From IMG/VR virus record IMGVR_UViG_3300023179_000012: DNA of 64,000 bases; one strand, 5' to 3'. Both the position numbers and the translations under genes were made by a program. This document shows, in pieces, positions 27,324-34,153 of this stretch; the first letter of the stretch is position 1; every line of letters begins with the position of its first letter. Origin of the DNA: a virus. The notes below the pieces were generated by a model, which made no database searches, had not been told where the DNA came from, and saw only the letters and a list, made by a program, of their open reading frames with translations.

Positions 27324-27647
27324 TTACCCCTCCCACCCAAAGGGGGATACTTCCTCACCGCAAGCCTGAATAGCGGCATACTGTTCGATTAGAGCCTCTA
27401 CACGTTCACGCGATCCAGGTTTGCCAACCTTCACGATCATGGTATCCTCACCACCAACCATGCGAGAATCTACCTTCTCGCTCTTGCTCTTGCCGATATT
27501 CTTCAATGCGGTGCGATTGAACTTCAGCACCTTTTCGCTGCGAATCGTTCCACCATCTGCGTTAGTTTTGTCGCAAGGGATAGCGATACCAACGAAGCAC
27601 ATACGGGCAACTCGCTCAGCATCACGAACAATCTTAGGCTTTTTCAT
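27324..27647 (-). CDS. hypothetical protein
   Basis: Purine-rich leader, plausible composition. Confidence 0.6.
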   Translation of the reverse strand: MKKPKIVRDAERVARMCFVGIAIPCDKTNADGGTIRSEKVLKFNRTALKNIGKSKSEKVDSRMVGGEDTMIVKVGKPGSRERVEALIEQYAAIQACGEEVSPFGWEG

Positions 27648-27707
27648 TTTCTTTCTTTCTCCTTTGGATGATGGATCGTACTAAACTTTTCCCTGTGACG
27701 CAACCCC

Positions 27708-27956
27708 TCAAATGAGGGACGCTTCGCGCTCCTTGCGAAACTTGATGGCGTACAGTTCGTCCACAACAACGCGAACCACGGTATCCATGCTGACACTCTT
27801 GTGGGTATAGTATCCACAATGGATAGCGAACAGGCTATACGTACCGGGAACACCGGATGGTATCGACCCCACACTGTGGGGGTGAAGGGTAAAACCCGCA
27901 TTGTAAGCGTAACGGCGAATACTCTTGCGAATCGTTTCAATTTTTGGGATTCTCAT
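27708..27956 (-). CDS. hypothetical protein
   Basis: Start MRIPKI after a GA-rich leader. Confidence 0.5.
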   Translation of the reverse strand: MRIPKIETIRKSIRRYAYNAGFTLHPHSVGSIPSGVPGTYSLFAIHCGYYTHKSVSMDTVVRVVVDELYAIKFRKEREASLI

Positions 27957-28024
27957 CTCTATCTCTCTTTCTCTTTCCAGTATTATACCAAACTTTTTCG
28001 ACAGCACAACCCCCACAACGGGGG

Positions 28025-28201
28025 TCACCATCCGTTTCTCCGACACTCATCGGCCCAATCCCGATCCTCTTGACGGGTACGATCATTATACCCGTATCCA
28101 CCATAGGTAAGGTAGTTATCCTTCATGGCATCGTATCCATCATCCGAATCGTGAACATCGTCAAAATCTTCGTAATCGTACAGGGGGTCAGGGCAACTCA
28201 T
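28025..28201 (-). CDS. acidic small protein (PDPL family copy 2; not in ORF track, 58 aa)
   Basis: Hand translation MSCPDPLYDYEDFDD..; N-terminus resembles MSHPDPLFD of 23332-23637. Confidence 0.65.
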   Translation of the reverse strand: MSCPDPLYDYEDFDDVHDSDDGYDAMKDNYLTYGGYGYNDRTRQEDRDWADECRRNGW

Positions 28202-28652
28202 TTTTCACTCTCTCTTTCTTACCTCTATATAGTGCATGTTCTGTGCCAAAAGTCGAAAAATATTTTTGTGCGACTTTCTCGACGATTTCCGCAGGCTGTC
28301 ACCTTGGCACTATGTCATATTGGCAAAGTCTGCCATTTTTGGCTGCCGTATTGTTTGGCACGATATCTGCTGTGGTCATTTGATCTAAGTCGTTATGCCA
28401 CAAGTACTTACGTCGAATCCGCGGCCGCGAATTTTTCGTAAGTCCTTACGCCGTAAGGGTTTGCATCAAGTCGTTGTACAGTAGTGTACAGGCGTACACC
28501 CCACTACAGTGGGGATGCACAAGCGTACACTGAGCCGAATGGTACGTTATGCTGATTAGCATATACTGAACGAGCATCCGCCCAATCCTTAGCAAGTACC
28601 ATGCCAAGGTAGAAATCATTTTCCGAATTGTAGATATAGTAGGTTTTCATGA

Positions 28653-28802
28653 TTAGGAGATCAGTTCCATATCCTCATTGTAGCACTCGTACTCATCTCC
28701 GTCAATCTCTACGTGCCACACATCACCCTCATCGAAATGCCAGCGAATGATTCGACCAATCTTTCCGTCAACCTTCACCTTATCACCAAGAGCAAACTGC
28801 AT
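28653..28802 (-). CDS. small SH3-like protein (not in ORF track, 49 aa)
   Basis: Hand translation MQFALGDKVKVDGKIGRI..W.VE.. Confidence 0.6.
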   Translation of the reverse strand: MQFALGDKVKVDGKIGRIIRWHFDEGDVWHVEIDGDEYECYNEDMELIS

Positions 28803-28864
28803 TTTCTTTCTCCTTACTTCTTATATCGGTATTCTATCAAATATTTTTTAGATTATCTACCCCC

Positions 28865-29089
28865 TTATCGGGGGATCGTAATCAGATCACCAAAATGTGA
28901 GAACGTCAACTTGAGAACCCTATTCGGATATTTCTCATCGATATACTTCTGTGCAGTGCTTTTCCGATTATCGGTAGCACTCACACCCTGTACAACTGTA
29001 CCGTTCTCATCAATCACCTTCCAAACCTTCTTTTGAACGATACGCGGAAGGCTTTGGATGAAATCGTTGATATGAGTAACCTTTTCCAT
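28865..29089 (-). CDS. hypothetical protein
   Basis: Start MEKVTH below promoter TTGCAA-N16-TATAAT. Confidence 0.55.
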   Translation of the reverse strand: MEKVTHINDFIQSLPRIVQKKVWKVIDENGTVVQGVSATDNRKSTAQKYIDEKYPNRVLKLTFSHFGDLITIPR

Positions 29090-29452
29090 TTTTCTTTCTC
29101 TCTTTCTTTCTTCTCTTTTCTCTTGTGCTTTCATTATACAGTATATATCGGCCATTGCAAGCGAAATCTTTTGAAAAAATAAAAAATAATTCTGTGCCAA
29201 ATCAAAAAAACTTTTTGGTATACCGTTTGCTCTCTCGATTTCTTCTAAACCCTTATACCACAAGCACTTACACGCTCTTCGGCGTGACAAACAAGACGTA
29301 AGTCCTTATAATATCAGCACTTAGAGAGAGGGGGTTTTTCTGTTTCTTCTCCAGTCTCAAAACCTCTGACCCTAAACCCGCGGTGGTCCAAACATAGTAA
29401 GCAAACCATATATAATTGGCCAGTTTAATGACAAGTTTCCCCATTATTAAAT

Positions 29453-29489
29453 AAAAAAACAGGCACCAATTATGAGTTGATGCCCGTTT
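29453..29489 (-). terminator. putative intrinsic terminator
   Basis: Hairpin followed by a T7 tract on the minus strand, after gene 29516-29740. Confidence 0.5.
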
Positions 29490-29515
29490 CTTTAGTATTC
29501 TACAGATTCTTTACT

Positions 29516-29740
29516 TCAAACGTCCGAAACCGACTCGACCTTTGGAGCTGATGGTCTACGACCTCTTGGCTTGGCAATTGACAACTTTCGCCTCTGACGT
29601 CTAACCATTCCCACAGTAATTTGTCGGCTACCATCAATCTTGTTTAAATAAGTGGCAATTTCCTCGTCCTTCATATTTTTGCTGTTATTAGCAATAAAGT
29701 CTGTTTCTTCTTTTGTCCACTTTTTATAAGTTTTTGACAT
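29516..29740 (-). CDS. helix-turn-helix DNA-binding protein
   Basis: WTKEETDFI..KDEEIATYL..ITVGMVRRQRRKLSI. Confidence 0.7.
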   Translation of the reverse strand: MSKTYKKWTKEETDFIANNSKNMKDEEIATYLNKIDGSRQITVGMVRRQRRKLSIAKPRGRRPSAPKVESVSDV

Positions 29741-29945
29741 TTTATCCTCCTGCATAAGTTGCTTATTGTGTATCAAACATCTATAATAGTATAAATGTCA
29801 CAAAATTCTGGTCAAGGTAAACCCATGAAAAATTCTAAAAACATACATACAATATCATCAACTTTAAAAACAGTTGCTAGCGAAAACCTTGTAACAGAAG
29901 CAGAGTTACAAAACCTAGACGATAAACCGCTAGAGGAACTACTTA

Positions 29946-30596
29946 ATGAGCAAAAACAAGAAAACGCCCAAGAAAAAGACCAATTTACCCAACAACATAA
30001 CGGATGAAGAATTTATAACAGTATGGGAAAAAATTAGTAAAAAATTAGGCTATAAATTTAAGTTTGGGTATCATAGTCACGAGGATATGAAGCAACAGGC
30101 CGCCATATTCGCCTTGGAAGGACTTAAAAATTATGATAATAAAAGGCCCCTAGAAAATTTCTTATGGACCCACGTGAGAAATCGACTCTTTAATTACAAA
30201 AGAGATAACTATCAAAGGCCCGATAAACCCTGCTTCACCTGTCCTTTTTACAAACCAAATGATAGTGCTTGTTCTAGTGGTTGTTCAGAATTTAAAAACA
30301 AAAGTGATTGTGAATTATTCGCCTCATGGAGCAAACGAAACGATACCAAAAAAAATATTATGAAACCAGTTGGTATAGATAATGTTAACGAAAATAGTAC
30401 CGAAATAGTTGACTTTAATCTTCTGGACGCTATTAGTAACAAAGAAATTATTAAAATTATAGATAATAATATTAGTATTAAAAATCGCCCCATATTTCTC
30501 AAATTGCTAGGAGGCAGCAAAGTTTCTAAGCTTGAAGTTAACAAACTAGTCAAAGAAATAAAAAAAATATTAAAAGACAATGACATCAACTCCTAA
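29946..30596 (+). CDS. phage RNA polymerase sigma factor (sigma70-family region 2) with Cys-rich insertion
   Basis: EDMKQQAAIFALEGLKNYD..LENFLWTHVRNRLFNYKRD. Confidence 0.75.
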   Translation: MSKNKKTPKKKTNLPNNITDEEFITVWEKISKKLGYKFKFGYHSHEDMKQQAAIFALEGLKNYDNKRPLENFLWTHVRNRLFNYKRDNYQRPDKPCFTCPFYKPNDSACSSGCSEFKNKSDCELFASWSKRNDTKKNIMKPVGIDNVNENSTEIVDFNLLDAISNKEIIKIIDNNISIKNRPIFLKLLGGSKVSKLEVNKLVKEIKKILKDNDINS

Positions 30597-31398
30597 AAAA
30601 CGTGGACAACTCAGCTTGGATGAAGAAAAATACATCCGAGATAATATACAAACTCTTACTGTAGAACAAATTGCCGAAAGTTTAAATCGTAATGTTGCCC
30701 CGATTAAAAGATACATTAGCGAAACCAAGAACCTAGCCCCTTCTGCTGAAGACGATCTGCTAAAGCAAAAACTATATAGTAAAACCTTTTGGTTTGAAAT
30801 TAAAAAGCAGTTTGATGAGGATAGTGGCGAATTAGAATACTTTGAAAATATATGGATAAATTTAATGAAGCAATTTCGAGAGGATGTGCTTCCTGCTGAA
30901 GAACTTCAGATCAAACAATTTATTACCATAGATATTCTTATTAATAGGAGTATGAAAGAACGAAAACGACATATTGCTGAAACTGAAAAATTACAACGAC
31001 TAGTTGATGCTGAATATGAAAAACCAGACGATCAAAGAGATGTTCCTCGATTGGCCAATCTTGAAACTCAATTAAGTTTCGCACGAAATAGTATCGCTAA
31101 TTACACTAACGAATATACCAAACTGCTTGGCGAACAACAAAAGATAAGTAAAGACTTAAAGGCTACCCGCGAACAACGTATTAAAAGAATAGAAGATGGT
31201 AAGAGTAGTTGGGTAGGATTAATTCGTATGCTTGAAGATGAGGATGTTAGAGAGAAAGAGGGTCGTGAGATGGAAATTATTCGTCTTGCCACAGACAAAG
31301 CACGAGAAAATCTAATGAGCTATCATGAATTTCAAGATGGTAAATTAGATATTCCACTATTAACCCCAGAATCAGTATTAAAAAATGAATCAACGTAA
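30580..31398 (+). CDS. HTH plus coiled-coil protein, putative terminase small subunit
   Basis: N-terminal HTH; position upstream of HNH and TerL. Confidence 0.4.
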   Translation: MTSTPKKRGQLSLDEEKYIRDNIQTLTVEQIAESLNRNVAPIKRYISETKNLAPSAEDDLLKQKLYSKTFWFEIKKQFDEDSGELEYFENIWINLMKQFREDVLPAEELQIKQFITIDILINRSMKERKRHIAETEKLQRLVDAEYEKPDDQRDVPRLANLETQLSFARNSIANYTNEYTKLLGEQQKISKDLKATREQRIKRIEDGKSSWVGLIRMLEDEDVREKEGREMEIIRLATDKARENLMSYHEFQDGKLDIPLLTPESVLKNEST

Positions 31399-31651
31399 CT
31401 ATAACGATCCACAATATAAAAAGTGGAGAACCGATGTTTATAAAAGAGACAAATTCCAATGTCAGTGGCCAAATTGCACCTTCAAGAAAAAATTACATGC
31501 TCATCATATTTATAAATGGGCCGATTTCCCCGCTTTAAGATTCGTATTAGACAATGGCATATCTCTCTGCAAAATTCATCATGACATGATTAAAAACCAA
31601 GAAGAAATATATGCTCCAGTATTTAGTAAAATTTTAGCGAGTAAAAAATGA
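31385..31651 (+). CDS. HNH endonuclease (terminase-associated type)
   Basis: WR..V.KRD.F.CQ..C..LHAHHI..NGISLCKIHH. Confidence 0.85.
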   Translation: MNQRNYNDPQYKKWRTDVYKRDKFQCQWPNCTFKKKLHAHHIYKWADFPALRFVLDNGISLCKIHHDMIKNQEEIYAPVFSKILASKK

Positions 31652-32112
31652 TAGATAATGAATTTACTATTATTGTTGATACGCGAGAGCAAAAGCCTTG
31701 GAGCTTTGAGCATCATGCTAAAGCCGTTCATAAATTAGATACTGGAGACTATAGTATAGAAGGTTATCAGGATCTATTAGCCATAGAACGCAAATGTAAT
31801 GTTTCCGAATTCGCTAATAATATTACAGAAAGTCGATTTGTTGATGTTATAGAAAGACTTAGTAAAATTAAATATGCATTTATACTGTTCGAATTTGATA
31901 TGAAACACGTTATGGATTATCCTATTGGCAGCAATATACCAAAACGATTATGGGATAAAATTCGTATTAGTCCAGCTTTTCTCATTAAAAATATTGTAGA
32001 TCTTCAAGTTAATCATAATATTAAAGTATTATTTTGTGGCAATAGTGAGAATGCTGAAAAGATAGCATTATCAATCATGAGGCGTGTTTACAAAGAGAAT
32101 AAAAATGTATGA
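31648..32112 (+). CDS. ERCC4/XPF-family nuclease
   Basis: IIVDTRE; LDTGDY; AIERK. Confidence 0.85.
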   Translation: MIDNEFTIIVDTREQKPWSFEHHAKAVHKLDTGDYSIEGYQDLLAIERKCNVSEFANNITESRFVDVIERLSKIKYAFILFEFDMKHVMDYPIGSNIPKRLWDKIRISPAFLIKNIVDLQVNHNIKVLFCGNSENAEKIALSIMRRVYKENKNV

Positions 32113-34108
32113 TGATGCATGGCTAGGACTTGGTGAATTAGATAAAATAGTTATACCTTCTAATCCTATGATCAGAAGACACAAAAATGATATAGAAAGT
32201 CCTGATCGCCATCTTGTTAAACTACTCAAAGATCCAGCATATTTTGGAGCCACTTGTAAACTACTATTCGATATAGAATTGCATCCAATCCAAATTGCTA
32301 TTTTACAGGAATTTTGGATTCGTCCATTTCCAATGTTTGTGGCTAGTCGCGGTTTTGGTAAAAGCTTTATATTAGCTCTTTACGCATTTTTGAAATGCAT
32401 ATTCGTACCCGGAACTAAAATTGTTATTGTTGGTGCGGCTTTTAGACAGAGTAAAGTTATATTTGAATACATGGAAACACTATGGCGTAATAGCGCTATT
32501 ATACGAAGCATATTTAATGGGAATGATGATGGTCCACGACGAGATGTTGATAGATGCACAATGAGATTAGGTACTAGTTGGGCTATCGCTATTCCTCTTG
32601 GTACAGGAGATAAAATTAGAGGTCTTAGAGCACACATCATTATCGCAGACGAATTTGCTTCTATATCTCCAGATATTTACGAAACGGTAGTTTCTGGTTT
32701 CGCTGCTGTAAGTGCCACTCCAATACAAAATGTTAAGAAAGAAGCTAAAAAATTAGCAATGAAAGAGGCTGGCTTATGGAATGAAGATCTAGAAAATCTT
32801 AGTCAAAGTATGGGTAACCAAGCTATTATTGCTGGAACAGCAGACTATGCTTTTAAGCATTTTGCATCTTATTGGAAAAGATATAAAACTATTATTGAAA
32901 GCAAAGGTGAACAACACAAATTACAAGAGATTTTTAAAAGTGAAGTTCCAGATAATTTTAACTGGAAAGATTATAGTATTATACGAATGCCATACGAGTT
33001 AATTCCCAAAGGTTTTATGGATGATAAACAGGTTGCACGAGCTAAAGCTACTATTCATACTGGTATTTATAATATGGAGTATGCGGCTTGTTTTACAGAA
33101 GACAGTGACGGATTCTTTAGAAGAAGTCTTATCGAAAGTTGTGTAACAAAAGACTCAGCGCCCGTAGTTATTAATAATGAGCCAATTATCTTTGACGCTA
33201 AGATTAATGGTGATCCCAATTTAAAATATATTTATGGTGTTGATCCTGCTAGTGAAAAAGATAATTTTAGTATAGTGGTTCTAGAGTTACATCCTACTCA
33301 TAGCAGAATAGTTTATTGTTGGACTACTAATCGTACTAATTTTAAAGAACGTCAAAAAGCCGGATTAATTAGTGATCATGATTTTTATGCTTTTTGTTCT
33401 CGTAAGATTCGTAATCTAATGAAAACTTTTCCTTGTGAACGTATTGGTATGGATGCTCAGGGAGGTGGTATTGCTATCGAAGAAGCTTTACATGATCCAG
33501 CTAAATTACAAGACGGCGAACATTTGATATGGCCAACGATAGAAGATAAAGCTAAAGATACTGATGATCAATCTGGATTACACATTCTAGAATTGGTTCA
33601 ATTTGCTAAAGCAGATTGGACAGCTCAATCTAATCACGGTTTAAGAAAAGATTTAGAAGATAAAGTTTTACTATTTCCTCGATTTGATGAGGTTAGTTTA
33701 GTATTAGCTCTTGATCAAGAAAATAGAAACATAGAAACCGCCGATTTGACTCCAATTTATGATAGTCTAAGCGAATGTATACTTGAGATAGAAGAACTCA
33801 AAAATGAGTTGACTACCATTGTTATGAGTCAGACCAGCGGTTCAGCAGGAGCAAGAGATCGCTGGGATACTCCGGATATTAAAATGCCTAATGGTAAAAA
33901 AGGTAAACTACGAAAAGACCGTTATAGTGCTCTACTTATAGCAAATATGTTAGCTAGACAAATGAATAGATCTTTACAACACGTTACTTATGATATTATT
34001 GGAACAGATGCTTCTCAAGCCGTAAAAAATAATGGTCAAATGTATAAGGGACCAAAATGGTTTACAGAAGCTGCTAATGAGGATATTTATATGGGAATAC
34101 GCAAGTAG
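32105..34108 (+). CDS. terL: terminase large subunit
   Basis: Walker A ASRGFGKS, Walker B IIIADE, RNase H-like YGVDPA and KDRYSAL. Confidence 0.92.
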   Translation: MYDDAWLGLGELDKIVIPSNPMIRRHKNDIESPDRHLVKLLKDPAYFGATCKLLFDIELHPIQIAILQEFWIRPFPMFVASRGFGKSFILALYAFLKCIFVPGTKIVIVGAAFRQSKVIFEYMETLWRNSAIIRSIFNGNDDGPRRDVDRCTMRLGTSWAIAIPLGTGDKIRGLRAHIIIADEFASISPDIYETVVSGFAAVSATPIQNVKKEAKKLAMKEAGLWNEDLENLSQSMGNQAIIAGTADYAFKHFASYWKRYKTIIESKGEQHKLQEIFKSEVPDNFNWKDYSIIRMPYELIPKGFMDDKQVARAKATIHTGIYNMEYAACFTEDSDGFFRRSLIESCVTKDSAPVVINNEPIIFDAKINGDPNLKYIYGVDPASEKDNFSIVVLELHPTHSRIVYCWTTNRTNFKERQKAGLISDHDFYAFCSRKIRNLMKTFPCERIGMDAQGGGIAIEEALHDPAKLQDGEHLIWPTIEDKAKDTDDQSGLHILELVQFAKADWTAQSNHGLRKDLEDKVLLFPRFDEVSLVLALDQENRNIETADLTPIYDSLSECILEIEELKNELTTIVMSQTSGSAGARDRWDTPDIKMPNGKKGKLRKDRYSALLIANMLARQMNRSLQHVTYDIIGTDASQAVKNNGQMYKGPKWFTEAANEDIYMGIRK

Positions 34109-34153
34109 TGTGTATATTCTATTACAATCCTATTACAATACAAATGAAATATT

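Larger units (their letters stand above)
9137..29160 (-). promoter_or_regulatory. Family of sigma70-type promoters (TTGACA-N16/17-TA(G/T)AAT), mostly with an embedded RYCGATA(A/C)T box
   Basis: 9137-9165, 13464-13491, 14500-14527, 14697-14724, 17093-17121, 18254-18281, 19198-19226, 19371-19399, 20563-20591, 21396-21423, 22687-22714, 23282-23309, 23664-23691, 24084-24112, 24354-24381, 25779-25806. Confidence 0.85.
25122..29230. promoter_or_regulatory. sigma54-type -24/-12 motifs (TGGCAY-N5-TTGC)
   Basis: Plus strand: 26571-26585, 28356-28370, 29216-29230. Minus strand: 27172-27186, 28234-28248, 28592-28606. -24-only variants at 25122, 25821, 29185. Confidence 0.6.
12316..29324. repeat. Dispersed array of an 80-bp four-armed element (10-7-10 / 26 / 10-7-10), 18 copies
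   Basis: Arm consensus (C/G)TAAGTCCTT and its inverse AAG(T/C/G)ACTTA(C/G). Copies start at 12316, 13523, 14743, 15867, 17152, 18314, 19419, 20621, 21454, 22733, 23722, 24400, 25161, 25881, 26600, 27190, 28385 and 29245. Single 27-bp half elements at 10725 and 12223. Confidence 0.95.

Noticed and set aside
12316-29324. CRISPR array interpretation of the 80-bp repeats
   Set aside because: Copies are separated by 0.5-1.2 kb of genes, not 30-40 nt spacers; arms are degenerate; no cas genes seen
12316-29324. Classical integron (attC plus IntI)
   Set aside because: No RYYYAAC/GTTRRRY cores and no integrase in the window; only the organisational analogy is kept
29795-30007. 70-aa plus-strand ORF before the sigma gene
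   Set aside because: Overlaps the sigma start and has no recognisable features; left uncalled
32105-34108. Intein or intron in TerL
   Set aside because: Normal length, motifs in expected order, no splice-junction residues noticed
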